From a virus, in the IMG/VR virus record IMGVR_UViG_3300045988_170760, positions 32,001 through 96,000 of that record: a stretch of DNA of 64,000 bases, one strand, 5' to 3'. Each line of letters begins with the position of its first letter. Position 1 is the first letter of the stretch. The notes beneath the pieces were generated by a model. It was not told the origin of the DNA, did not search any database, and saw only the letters and a list, made by a program, of their open reading frames with translations. The position numbers and the translations under genes are program-made. This document shows positions 46,498 to 57,700 of the stretch, piece after piece.

Positions 46498-47841
46498 ATG
46501 TCAGCAAAATCAAAACAAGGGTTAAATTATATTATACAAGCTATTAATAATATAGTAGAGCCTAAGGTTTCTTCATTAAGATATGATAAAACATATAGAG
46601 CAAAGGTTACTCAAGAAATAGATGCAGGAATATATGTTGTTCAAATTAATGGAGTGGAATATCAGTTGCCTTATAGTGGAACTTTAAATGTTGGAGATAT
46701 AGTAAAAGTTAAAGCTCCTTTGAATAATTTTTCAGATATATATATAGAAGCATTACCAGGTTCTGGAGGAGGAGAAGGTGGGACTACAAATTATAATGAC
46801 CTTACCAATAAACCAATTCTGAATACTGATAATGCTTCTTCTTTAAGTATAAATAAAGAAGAAATCATAAGAGGTACTATTTCATTGCATAAAATTTCTA
46901 AAACTGGTAGTTATAATGATTTAAATAATTTGCCTAGTTTAGATTTTATACCAAATTCACAAAAGGGTGCCAATAATGGTGTAGCAACATTAGGAGCAAA
47001 TGGTAGAGTCCCAACTACCCAACTACCTTCTGATGTTGTATATGATGCCAATTATGTTCATACTGATGAAAATTTTACTTCTGTATTATTAAATAAGTTA
47101 AATGATATAGAAGCAGGGGCACAAGTAAACAAAATAGAATTAATAAAAAAAAATGGAGTAGATTTAGAAATACAAGATAAAAGCGTAAACATATTGGTTC
47201 CGTTAAAAACTAGTGAATTAGAAAATGATGGTGATGGGACTAATCCATTTGTAACTACAGGAAAAATAGCATCTACTACCACTTTAGGATTAATTAAAGT
47301 TGGAGCAAATCTAAGTATAACTTCTGATGGAACTTTGAATGCCATAGGTGGAGGCGGAGGTACTGGCACAGAAGAAGTAGACATTTCAGATACAGAACCT
47401 ACTGAGGAAACTATTAAGTTATGGGTAGATACTTCTGCTACAGGAGGTTCTTCAAGTGATATATTAGATAAAGTATATCCTATTGGTTCAATTTATATGT
47501 CTACAGCGAATGTTTCTCCTGAAAGCTTCTTAGGTGGAACTTGGGAAAGATATGGAAAAGGAAGAACATTAATGGGTGTAGATGAAGAAAATGACAATTT
47601 CAATACAGTTAATAAGACAGGTGGAGAAGAAAGTCATGTATTGACAATATCAGAGGTGCCAGCCCATGCACATAATCTAGCCACATCTAGTGAAGATGGA
47701 ACACATATAGATGGATATTTTAAAGTTGGTTCTTATAACAAAAATAATGATAATTTAACTACTAGTATAGTTGGTGGAAGTCAAGCTCATAATAACTTAT
47801 CACCATATATTACAGTATATATGTGGGAAAGAACCGCTTAA
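46498..47841 (+). CDS. tail fibre / baseplate protein with collar-type C-terminal domain
   Basis: Contains the fibre repeat (KTSELENDGDG...LGLIKVGANLSITSDGTL). The C-terminus GGEESHVLTISEVPAHAHNL...AHNNLSPYITVYMWERTA is paralogous to 34982. Confidence 0.7.
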   Translation: MSAKSKQGLNYIIQAINNIVEPKVSSLRYDKTYRAKVTQEIDAGIYVVQINGVEYQLPYSGTLNVGDIVKVKAPLNNFSDIYIEALPGSGGGEGGTTNYNDLTNKPILNTDNASSLSINKEEIIRGTISLHKISKTGSYNDLNNLPSLDFIPNSQKGANNGVATLGANGRVPTTQLPSDVVYDANYVHTDENFTSVLLNKLNDIEAGAQVNKIELIKKNGVDLEIQDKSVNILVPLKTSELENDGDGTNPFVTTGKIASTTTLGLIKVGANLSITSDGTLNAIGGGGGTGTEEVDISDTEPTEETIKLWVDTSATGGSSSDILDKVYPIGSIYMSTANVSPESFLGGTWERYGKGRTLMGVDEENDNFNTVNKTGGEESHVLTISEVPAHAHNLATSSEDGTHIDGYFKVGSYNKNNDNLTTSIVGGSQAHNNLSPYITVYMWERTA

Positions 47842-47900
47842 ATAAAAACTAAATAAATATTTTATATAATAGATATTATATAAAGGAAGGAGAACAGTGA

Positions 47901-50900
47901 ATGGCAATACAACAATTAACGCAACCTATATTAAATCCAATAGTTGCATTTGATGCAACCAGAGCACATGCTATTGACTTTGTTGTAATTGGTGGAGCTC
48001 AAGTAATAGGTAATAGGTTAGTAATTAGTAATAACCAAACAGGAGCAGAAGTTTATAGTCAAATACAATCTACTATGAAATTGGAACATATAATTCCTGC
48101 CAATACACTAAGTAATGGTGGTTATTATAATGCTGTTGTTTATACTATAGATAGTGGTGGAAATGAAAGTGTATCTAGTATCGCTGTTCCATTTTATTGT
48201 TATAGTCAGCCAGTCTTGACAATTGATAATATTCCTGCTACTGAAACTATAGAAAATGGTACTTATACATTTAGTGGAACTTATTTACAACAAGAAAATG
48301 AAGCTTTAAACAGTTATCAATATACATTATATGACAGTAATAGAGAGATATTAAGTCAATCTCCTTTAATATATTATGAAGCTAATAATTCTTTATCTTA
48401 TACATTTGTTGGTATGAGTAACGATACTTCTTATTATGTAGAATTGACTGGTCAAACAATAAATGGGACTCATATAACATCAGGATTAAGATATTTTACG
48501 GTACGATATTTACAGCCAGCATCATTTGCAATTTGTGACTTAGTTAATAATTGTGAAGATGGATATATACAAATATCTTCTAATATTGTAGCAATTGATG
48601 GACATTCAAATCCAGACCCACCAATTTATATAGATGATAAAGAGGTAGATTTGAGAGAACCAGGTTCGTGGGTAGAATGGAATGAAGGATTTAGAATTCA
48701 AAATGATTTTACAATGAGAGTATGGGGTAGAGATTTTAATCCTTATCAAAATATTATTACGTTAACTAACGATATAAATTCAAGCACAACTCCAAATAAG
48801 ATAGAAATGAAATGGATGATAGGAGATGTTATAAAAAATTTACCTCAGTATAAAACCGTATATGGGCATAATGTTAACTTAGATAGTAGTGAAGAGGATA
48901 AAATTAATAATTTAACAATAAGAGGAAACACAGTACAAAAGACAGAGAGTGGTGTTAGTCCTTCTCCTCAAAATCCTTCAAAAATTTATTCTGTTGGAGA
49001 AATAAAAAATTTAATAAATATAAAAGACTTTAATATTAAATATGACCAAGATTATAGCGTTGTAACTTTTACCAACTTTAAAATTAAACCAAATTATATT
49101 TATACGTTGTCTTTTGATTATACGGTAAATAGTACAACTACAGATTTATATTTTACAGTAGGATACGGAACAAATAATATATGGACTGATGCTATTGTTG
49201 AAAGTGAGCAATATATTAATCTATCATCAGGAAGAAATAAAATTACATTTGTAATACCTGATGAAACATCAGATGGTCAACCTATGCTTGACAACGTAGA
49301 TATGTATTTTAAATTTGCAGAGACTATCATATTGGCTGATGTTGACGTAAATATTAGTAATATACAGTTAGAAGCAGGTGGAATTGCTACTGAATATCAA
49401 GCACCTAACTTATATAATATATATCCTACTGCAACTGGTAAGAATATGTATGATTATAAAACGCCTCTATATTTAAAGAAAAGTAATATTACATATTCTA
49501 GTATACAAAATGGTTATAATATACAAGTTAAGTTGCCTAATCAGGAAAGTTATTTAGCTATAGGTTGCAAGAATATCTTAAATGCTAATGACACGTATGC
49601 AATTTCTTATAATTATAGTGGAAACTTATCTTATTTTAAACTATATACGACAGATAAGGAAAGTCAAGAACAATTATCAGAAATTACTTTAGCTGATGGG
49701 GTATTTACTGCACCAGAAGGTATATATGATTTGCAAATAGTAGTTGGGTTGGATAGTAGTACTGCATCAAATTTTTTAGAGATTTGGAATATACAAATTG
49801 AGGCTAATGATGTAGTTAGTGAATATGAACCTTATGAGGCAACAAGTTCAATATTAACATTAGATGCTCCTTTAATGGCTTCAGTATCTGAGAATTTAGC
49901 AGATTTAGTAGCATTAACATCTCCAAATATTTTAGACCAATCGACACAAAATGCTAGTGTAGCAGGAAGTACAGTATATATATTGATGCAAGATGAGAAT
50001 AATACTTATTATTTATGGTATTATAATGCTCAAGGTAATTTAATTAAATTCTTAGATGAAGAAGGTCATGAACAATCAGGAGTTGTAATAACAGGTAATG
50101 AGGCATTTACAACACATAAGGATTGTGTTAAGATTACTATCACAAAAAGTAATAATCCTGATGCAAAAGATGTAACAGAAGATGAGATAATAGATAATCA
50201 TATTTATATAGAAAAAGGATATGTAACTGGATGGTATCCTTATTTTTCAAATCCAAGTCTTGTTAGACAAAATGGTCAAATAATATTAAATGGTACGGAA
50301 GATTGGGTAAAAAGACCTAATACAACTCATACATTTCAAATTGCAGCACCAGAATTAATAGTTGGTGGAATATGTAATTACTATTCTACATTTTCATCAT
50401 TAGAACAAATAGATAAACAAGATGGAATACATTTAACAAGTACTTCAACTATAATAATTACCGATATGAGATTTACTGACGTAGAAGATTTTAAAGCATT
50501 TTTAACCCAAAACAGTGTAATAATTCAATATTATCGTTCTACTTTAAGTGTAATTCCTCTTACAGATATCCAAGCACAAGCACTAAAGGAATTAAAAACA
50601 TCTAACCCAATTTCTAATGTATTTACCTATAATGAAGCATTAGGCACAGTAGGATTTGATTATACTGATGGTTATGACGAGCAACAAACACAAAATGCTT
50701 ATGTTCAACTAAAGTGTTATAATGCTAATAATATGCCATATTTTGTTCATAGTAATTATATAGATATTCCAGATGATGCTAGTAAGGTATTTATATGGTT
50801 AAGAAGGAAAAACAATTTATTTGATTTAAGGATTGAAGATTTAGGAGATTATAATGAGGATGATAATCCATCTGACGTAACCAAACCAATAGTAACATTA

Positions 50901-51164
50901 GATATTAATCTTAATAATATAACGCAAAGTGAAATTCCTGTAACAGCAAATTCTATAGACGAAACAGGTTTAAGAACAGTAAGATTTAGTAAAGACAATG
51001 GAGTTAGCTGGGATGAGATAGTTCCTGTTGATGGATTATCCTCAACTAATAGTTATACATTTACAAACTTAGCTCCAGATACATTCTATACAATTAGAGT
51101 AGAGGCAATTGATTTAACAGGAAATATTGGTGGTATGAGTCAAAGAGTAACAACAAAAGCATAG
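47901..51164 (+). CDS. large tail structural protein with FN3 and CBM-like domains
   Basis: 1087 aa. There is a C-terminal FN3-like segment (VRFSKDNGVSWDEI...FYTIRVEAIDLTGN). The motif (I/N)IQ(L/I)EA....(T/S)EY(Q/E)(A/P) occurs twice. Confidence 0.65.
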   Translation: MAIQQLTQPILNPIVAFDATRAHAIDFVVIGGAQVIGNRLVISNNQTGAEVYSQIQSTMKLEHIIPANTLSNGGYYNAVVYTIDSGGNESVSSIAVPFYCYSQPVLTIDNIPATETIENGTYTFSGTYLQQENEALNSYQYTLYDSNREILSQSPLIYYEANNSLSYTFVGMSNDTSYYVELTGQTINGTHITSGLRYFTVRYLQPASFAICDLVNNCEDGYIQISSNIVAIDGHSNPDPPIYIDDKEVDLREPGSWVEWNEGFRIQNDFTMRVWGRDFNPYQNIITLTNDINSSTTPNKIEMKWMIGDVIKNLPQYKTVYGHNVNLDSSEEDKINNLTIRGNTVQKTESGVSPSPQNPSKIYSVGEIKNLINIKDFNIKYDQDYSVVTFTNFKIKPNYIYTLSFDYTVNSTTTDLYFTVGYGTNNIWTDAIVESEQYINLSSGRNKITFVIPDETSDGQPMLDNVDMYFKFAETIILADVDVNISNIQLEAGGIATEYQAPNLYNIYPTATGKNMYDYKTPLYLKKSNITYSSIQNGYNIQVKLPNQESYLAIGCKNILNANDTYAISYNYSGNLSYFKLYTTDKESQEQLSEITLADGVFTAPEGIYDLQIVVGLDSSTASNFLEIWNIQIEANDVVSEYEPYEATSSILTLDAPLMASVSENLADLVALTSPNILDQSTQNASVAGSTVYILMQDENNTYYLWYYNAQGNLIKFLDEEGHEQSGVVITGNEAFTTHKDCVKITITKSNNPDAKDVTEDEIIDNHIYIEKGYVTGWYPYFSNPSLVRQNGQIILNGTEDWVKRPNTTHTFQIAAPELIVGGICNYYSTFSSLEQIDKQDGIHLTSTSTIIITDMRFTDVEDFKAFLTQNSVIIQYYRSTLSVIPLTDIQAQALKELKTSNPISNVFTYNEALGTVGFDYTDGYDEQQTQNAYVQLKCYNANNMPYFVHSNYIDIPDDASKVFIWLRRKNNLFDLRIEDLGDYNEDDNPSDVTKPIVTLDINLNNITQSEIPVTANSIDETGLRTVRFSKDNGVSWDEIVPVDGLSSTNSYTFTNLAPDTFYTIRVEAIDLTGNIGGMSQRVTTKA

Positions 51165-51180
51165 GAAAGGTGGCTAGTAT

Positions 51181-52080
51181 ATGATATTTTTAGGATATAA
51201 TTTCTTGCAGGACAGGTATTGCTGGCAACCTGTTCCTACAAATTTAATAAATATAGAAGATGTAATATTAAAGAATGGAATATATGACCATTTTAATATT
51301 ACTAAAGATGTAGATTTCCCATATATTACAACATATCCAGGAGCATGGGATTTAAATACTCAAATGGATGCTGATTTCAATGGAAATATTAATGCTGGTA
51401 ATATTGATTATGTTGTAACACAAATTAGTAATATAAAAATCAAAAGAAGAAAAAAAGGAACGTTTGATTGGTATACTTTATATAATATACCAGTAGAAAA
51501 TCCAACTGATATAGATTTTGTAAGATATGATTATTTAGCCCAAAATGATACTGATTATGAATATGCTATAGTTCCAATTATTGGAAATGTAGAAGGAGAG
51601 TATTCAATGAATAGTATTACATCTGAATTTTATGGTGTATTTATTACAGATGGTCAAAGTAGTTATAAGTTTAAAGAAGGTGCAAGTTATAGTAACAATG
51701 AAAGGGTACATTTGACAGCTACATATGAGCCTTATGGAAGTAAATATCCTATTGTAGTAAGTAATGGACAACTAAGTTATGACAAGGGTACGGTAGGTGG
51801 AAATGTAATTGTGTTTACAGCTGATGAACAATTAGATAGGAAGCAAACAGTAGAGAGATTACAGGCAATTAAAAACTTTTTAGCAACTCCTTCTGCAAAA
51901 ATATTAAAAGATTTTAATGGAAATATTTGGCTTGTAACTTTAAGTGATAATTTACCAGTAACATATTATTCAGAGATAGGGATGGGATTTGCGAGAGTAG
52001 ATTTTAACTGGTCTGAAATTGGAAATCCTGATAGTGGTCAAGATTTATATGATAGTAATTTAATTTATGCGAATAATTAG
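51181..52080 (+). CDS. distal tail protein (Dit) candidate
   Basis: 299 aa, sitting upstream of the hub-like protein. The call rests on position and size only. Confidence 0.4.
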   Translation: MIFLGYNFLQDRYCWQPVPTNLINIEDVILKNGIYDHFNITKDVDFPYITTYPGAWDLNTQMDADFNGNINAGNIDYVVTQISNIKIKRRKKGTFDWYTLYNIPVENPTDIDFVRYDYLAQNDTDYEYAIVPIIGNVEGEYSMNSITSEFYGVFITDGQSSYKFKEGASYSNNERVHLTATYEPYGSKYPIVVSNGQLSYDKGTVGGNVIVFTADEQLDRKQTVERLQAIKNFLATPSAKILKDFNGNIWLVTLSDNLPVTYYSEIGMGFARVDFNWSEIGNPDSGQDLYDSNLIYANN

Positions 52081-52098
52081 AAAGGTAGGTGTTTACAG

Positions 52099-53325
52099 GT
52101 GGCAGTAACTCCAACACAAACAGATTATGATTTAATACAGATGAAAGTTAGAAATACTAAAATAAAAATAGAAGTATTAAACTTTAATTTTCAAACTGTG
52201 AATTCTTTAGAAGGAAGAGTAACATCAGGTAGTATTAGTGTTGATGCAACTTCAGATATTAGAAGAACCTGTAGCATTACACTGGTAGTTGATAGGGCAG
52301 ACACAATGATTGCTCCTGGAGGAGAGTTGTGGATTGATAAATTTATTAAGGTTTATCAAGGTGTAGATAACCCAAGAGATAATGGAGCCACCGTGTGGTG
52401 GAATATGGGTATATTTTTAATTAATAACCCAAATAGCGTATATAATTCTACAACTAGAACTATAACTTTTGAAGGATTGGATTTGATGGCTAAATTATCA
52501 GGTAGAAGAAATGGTCAGCTACCAGCTGTAACTACCGTCATACCAGCAGAAAGTAAAATAGCTAATGTCGTAAAACAGACTATTACTCAATTAGGAGGAT
52601 TTAACAAGTATATTATTGAAGATGTAGGGTATACTGTTCCTTATGACATAAAAAAAGATATGGGTTCCACTATATATGATTTATTAGTAGAACTAAGAGA
52701 CTTATATGCTGGATGGGAAATGTTTTTTGATGTTGATGGTGTATTCCATTGGCAACAAATACCAGATGGTGTTAATGAACCTGTTGTGTTAGATTTTGAC
52801 CAGTTGAGTCAACAGTTAATTATTAATGATAGTATAGATGTTGATTTTGAAAATGTAAAAAATAATATTATAGTATATGGAAGATTATTAGACACAGGAG
52901 AACAAGTAATGGCTACAAGAATGGACACTTTATCTGACAGTCCATTTAATATAAGCAACATTGGTCAAATTAATTACATAGTAGATGATGAACGTATATA
53001 TAATAATGACTTAGCTAGACAAAGAGCAAATTATGAATTATTTTTACATGCTAGAATGAATGATGCTATTGTTTTAGAAACTGTGCCAATACCTTGGTTG
53101 AATGATGTTAATATTAAGATAAAACATACTAATGAGATAATAGGAATTGTGGGTGAATTTTTAATAAAAAGCTTAGAAATTCCATTAGATGTCGGTTCAA
53201 ATATGGTAATTAATGCTATTAAGGTATATGAAGATGAGCCAGAAATAATTTCGTATACAAATGAATATTTGTCTTGTGGAGAAGCTTATTCTACACAACA
53301 AAATCAATTTCCATATTATGAATAA
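52099..53325 (+). CDS. baseplate hub / Tal N-terminal-like protein
   Basis: 408 aa with a GTG start after GGTAGGTG. The pattern resembles the siphovirus Gp37/Tal family (weak, by eye). Confidence 0.4.
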   Translation: MAVTPTQTDYDLIQMKVRNTKIKIEVLNFNFQTVNSLEGRVTSGSISVDATSDIRRTCSITLVVDRADTMIAPGGELWIDKFIKVYQGVDNPRDNGATVWWNMGIFLINNPNSVYNSTTRTITFEGLDLMAKLSGRRNGQLPAVTTVIPAESKIANVVKQTITQLGGFNKYIIEDVGYTVPYDIKKDMGSTIYDLLVELRDLYAGWEMFFDVDGVFHWQQIPDGVNEPVVLDFDQLSQQLIINDSIDVDFENVKNNIIVYGRLLDTGEQVMATRMDTLSDSPFNISNIGQINYIVDDERIYNNDLARQRANYELFLHARMNDAIVLETVPIPWLNDVNIKIKHTNEIIGIVGEFLIKSLEIPLDVGSNMVINAIKVYEDEPEIISYTNEYLSCGEAYSTQQNQFPYYE

Positions 53326-53343
53326 TGAAAGGAGAGAATTGTT

Positions 53344-53970
53344 ATGTATGTAAAGCAAATGTGGGAAGATAGGCAAGTTGAATTCCCTATGACTTTTACT
53401 ATGGTAGAAAATGATAACGGTACTGTAACATTAACACCATATCCTGGAGTGGTTTCCAACGAAGGGACAAAATTTACAGCTGCAAGAATGAATAATATTG
53501 AGGATGGAATTTTTAATGGTTCTGTGCCTACAGGATGTATATTACCATTTGGTGGAAATAATGCTCCTCAAGGATTTTTATTATGTGATGGTTCTGCTGT
53601 AAATAGAACCACATATGCAGATTTATTTGCAGTGTTAGGTACTACATATGGAGAAGGAGATAATTCAACTACATTTAATTTACCAGATATGAGAGGAAAA
53701 GTTGCAGTTGGGCTAAATACAAAAGGTGCATTTGATAGTCTTGGTAAAAGTACTGGAGAAGAGGCACACCAATTGACTATAGCAGAAATGCCTAGCCACG
53801 AACATAATCTTGCTATTGATGGAGGTTCGGATGCAGGAGTTATGGATAGAGTTATGTTAAATGGTTATAATTCAGCCAGGTGGTATTCTAATGTTAGAGC
53901 AACTGGAGGAAATCAATCTCATAATAATATTCAACCTTCATTAGTGTTTAATTATATAATAAAGACATAG
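53344..53970 (+). CDS. phage tail collar domain protein
   Basis: LLCDGSAVNRTTYADLFAVLGTTYGEGDNSTTFNLPDMRGK is the classical Phage_Tail_Collar motif. TGEEAHQLTIAEMPSHEHNL follows it. Confidence 0.75.
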   Translation: MYVKQMWEDRQVEFPMTFTMVENDNGTVTLTPYPGVVSNEGTKFTAARMNNIEDGIFNGSVPTGCILPFGGNNAPQGFLLCDGSAVNRTTYADLFAVLGTTYGEGDNSTTFNLPDMRGKVAVGLNTKGAFDSLGKSTGEEAHQLTIAEMPSHEHNLAIDGGSDAGVMDRVMLNGYNSARWYSNVRATGGNQSHNNIQPSLVFNYIIKT

Positions 53971-53985
53971 AAAGGAGAACAAATA

Positions 53986-54720
53986 ATGTCAGCTTTATAT
54001 CCAGATTTAGATTTTACAAATTATCCTGGAGAATTAGATAATATAACATTAAAGAGTAATATTACTAATGCTACGGATGCACAGTTAGTAGCCCAAATTC
54101 AAGCTTCTATATTAGCAGGTGATTTTGCTAATGCTAGTGCAATTTTAAATGCTAATCCTCAGTTAAATGGTAAAATATTTAATGCTAATGATTATAATCA
54201 AATTAGAGATGCTATTTTAGCTTTAGAGAGATTTTACAATAGTGATATAAAAAATTATATAACAGAAAAACAAGCTGCGTGGGTTGCAGAAGTTGATAAA
54301 TTTAATTATAAGGGAGTATATAGTCCTACCACTCAGTATTATAAAAATAATATGGTAGATTATACTACTACGGAAGGTACATTCCTTTATTTATGTATTC
54401 AGCAACCAGATACTGGTATTGCTCCTACTAATACAAATTATTGGAGAATTTTAACATTAAGAGGAGAAAGGGGATTATCAGGAGAAGGTTTATCTTTTGC
54501 ATGGGTTTGGGATAGCACAACGGAATATAATACAAATGATGTGGTAGTATATGGTAATAAGTGGTGGGTATCTACTCAAGTAAATAGAGGACAACAACCA
54601 GCTAATGGGTCAGCGTATTGGACAGAGATTTTGACAGCATTACCAGCTATACAAATACCTGTAACAGAAATACAACCAACAGACCAAATAATTGGAGACC
54701 AATGGTATCAAGTAATATAA
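53986..54720 (+). CDS. tail fibre-associated protein
   Basis: 244 aa. The N-terminal module is paralogous to the N-terminus of the 1582-aa protein (A.ILN.NP..N..I.NA...N). It also has Trp/Tyr-rich repeats. Confidence 0.6.
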   Translation: MSALYPDLDFTNYPGELDNITLKSNITNATDAQLVAQIQASILAGDFANASAILNANPQLNGKIFNANDYNQIRDAILALERFYNSDIKNYITEKQAAWVAEVDKFNYKGVYSPTTQYYKNNMVDYTTTEGTFLYLCIQQPDTGIAPTNTNYWRILTLRGERGLSGEGLSFAWVWDSTTEYNTNDVVVYGNKWWVSTQVNRGQQPANGSAYWTEILTALPAIQIPVTEIQPTDQIIGDQWYQVI

Positions 54721-54735
54721 GAGAGGAGGATAATA

Positions 54736-57700
54736 ATGCCTAATAGAGTTATTGAATTAATGGATGATATGCATTTAAGTAGCCAAGCCATATTTATGGA
54801 TTATTATACTGCTATGCAAAATAATAACATCTCAAATGCAGCTAATATTTTAAAGAATAATCCTAGTGTAGCTAATCAAATTATGAATGCAGACAATATA
54901 AATATTTTATTAAATGAAACATATAGAAGGGAATTAACACCTAAAATTGATATAGATTACTTCTTAGAAGGTTTATTATCTGTATATCAAAAAATGATAG
55001 ATTATACAAGAGTAATGGGAGAATGGGATGCTAATACTCAATATAATGTTCATAACTTAGTTTATTATAATGAAAAAGCATACTATGTATATCCTAATAC
55101 TACTCCTCCTATAGGAACTCCTCCTACAGATACTCAATATTGGAAGGAATATGATATCAAAGGATTTCAAGGATATGGAGGAATAAATTTAAATTTCAAG
55201 TTTAATTGGGATAACACGCAAAGTTATAAGGTTGGAGATGTTGTAATATTTCAAAATAAAATGTGGTATGCGGTAGCTGATAATACAAATTACGAACCAA
55301 ATCTAAACCATTATCCTTGGGTGGTAATTTCTATGCCTAAATTACCAGCTAAAACTCCAATTCAAAGAGCCATACCAAATGGATATGATATAGGAGATTT
55401 TTGGTTTCAAATAACTCAAGGAGATGAAGTTATTGTAACTACATGGGGGATTAGACAACCCGAACCAACTCCAAGATTTGCAAGTTCTGCTTTTTCTATT
55501 GGAACAGATATATATATAGCAGGTGGTATTAAATCTAATTTTGATAGAACTAATGTAGTAGAAATGTTTGATACGGTTTTAGGTACGTGGTCTACAAAAG
55601 CAAACATGCCAACAATAAGAGCAAGAGCGGCTGGATTTAGTATTGGTAATAATGGATATTGTGTAGGAGGAATTGATGCTAATGGTACAGTACTTAATAT
55701 TAATGAGGTTTATGATAGTACTACAAATTCATGGTCTACAAAAACATCATATCCTATGCCTATAATTTCGTCTGGTGTTGCTACTGAAACATTAGGATAT
55801 ATTATTGGTGGAGAAACAAATAATAATGTATTAACAGGAAGTGGATATTCTTATAATCCAACCTCTAATGCTTGGACTGAAATCATAGCCAAGCCAACAT
55901 TGACAAGAGGTCACACTTTAGCAACTGATGGGAATGTGATTTATGCCATTGGTGGAATAGATAACAATAAAAATACCTTAGGTATTAACGAAGCCTATAC
56001 GATTAGTTCAAATACTTGGTCTCAAAAAGATACTTTAGCTGTTCCAAGAAGTTATCTTGCTTCATTTGTCCAATCAGGAATGATATATGCTGTTGGAGGA
56101 TTAAATTCAAGTTGGTATAGTGTAGATACAAATGAGAAATATGATATAGCCAATAATGAATGGATAACAGATATGCCTATGAATTATAAAAGAAGTAGTT
56201 TAAATGCTTTAGTATCAGGAACTAGGGGATTTGCTATTGGTGGAATTGATTTCGCAAATTCAGATATAAGAGGATATAATGAACAATATAATATAGATGA
56301 TATTCCATCAGATTTTGAAATGGTAATTGATACAACGTTGGATAGTACTGGCTCAAAGCAAGTTACAATTCCAACACCTGAGGGAGGAAATTATGATTAT
56401 TGGGTTGATTGGGGAGACGGATTGACTTCAACTAAAATAACTACTTATAATGACCCCCAAGCTACGCATACTTATGCTGAAGATGGAGAGTATAATATAA
56501 AATTGATGGGAACTTTGGATAGATTGAAATTTACAGGTAATATTGCAAATGATTTAAAATCTGTAACTAAGTGTATTTTGAATTTTTCCACTATTACAGA
56601 TATGTTTAATACATGTTCAAATTTAGAAAGTGTTTGTGATGGAATATTTGACCAATCTATCAATGTTACGAATGCAAATAACACATTCAAAAATTGTGCT
56701 AAGTTAAAGACTATTCCTTTAGGATTATTTGATAATAACAATGTCATTACAGAATTTATAAGTACATTTGAAGGATGTGGAATAGTAAGTATTCCAACAG
56801 GATTATTTAATGGTAACAATTTAGCGACTAATTTCAGTACTACTTTTTATAAATGTAGTGGTATTACTAGTATCCCTTCAGGCTTATTCAATAATAATAA
56901 AAATGTCACAAATTTTTATGGAGTATTTTCTAGGTGTTTTAATTTGCAGTCTATCCCTGATGGATTATTTGCTAGTAACTCTCTAGTTGAAAATTTTTCT
57001 TATGCTTTTAATGTTTGTGAAAAAATAACTTCTATTCCATCTAATCTATTTGGTAATGCTAATGGTTCTGTGTTTAATTATAGTAATATGTTTTCTAATT
57101 GTACGTCTTTAGTGACTATTCCAGAAGGATTGTTCCAATATGCACAAAATACAACTAATTATGATAATATATTTGCTAGTTGTCCTATTACTGCTATTCC
57201 AAATAATTGTTTTAACGGAAATAATGCAAGTGTAGAAAATATATTTGATGTAACAAAGATTACATCTATTGGGGATAATGCATTAAAGGGCTTAGCAATT
57301 CCAAGTGGATTTTTTCAAGGAGCTACATCATTGATAACAATAGGTAACAATATTTTTGATACAAATGTAACTGATATGCTTAATATGTTTAATGGATGTA
57401 ATAATTTAACTACATTAGGAAATATAGATATGAGCAATGTAACAACTATTGACTCTACAATGTTTAATAATTGTACAAATTTAGTAACTGTTAAAGGATT
57501 TAAAGATAGAAATACTATGACTAATCCAACAATTAAAATGGACTTTAGTATGAGTAGTTGTCAATTTTTGAGTCATGATAGTTTAATAAACATTAGTGAG
57601 AGTTTAGTAACAATGACACCTACAACAAGAAAAACATTGTCATTACACTCAGATGCTTTATCTAAATTAAGTACAATTGAAAAATTGGATATTATAAATA

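Noticed and set aside
47866-47887. A 10-bp all-A/T palindrome (TTATATAATA ga TATTATATAA) upstream of the 47901 gene, considered as an operator or terminator.
   Set aside because: A pure A/T palindrome is expected by chance in this composition. There is no flanking U-tract or repeated occurrence to support a function.
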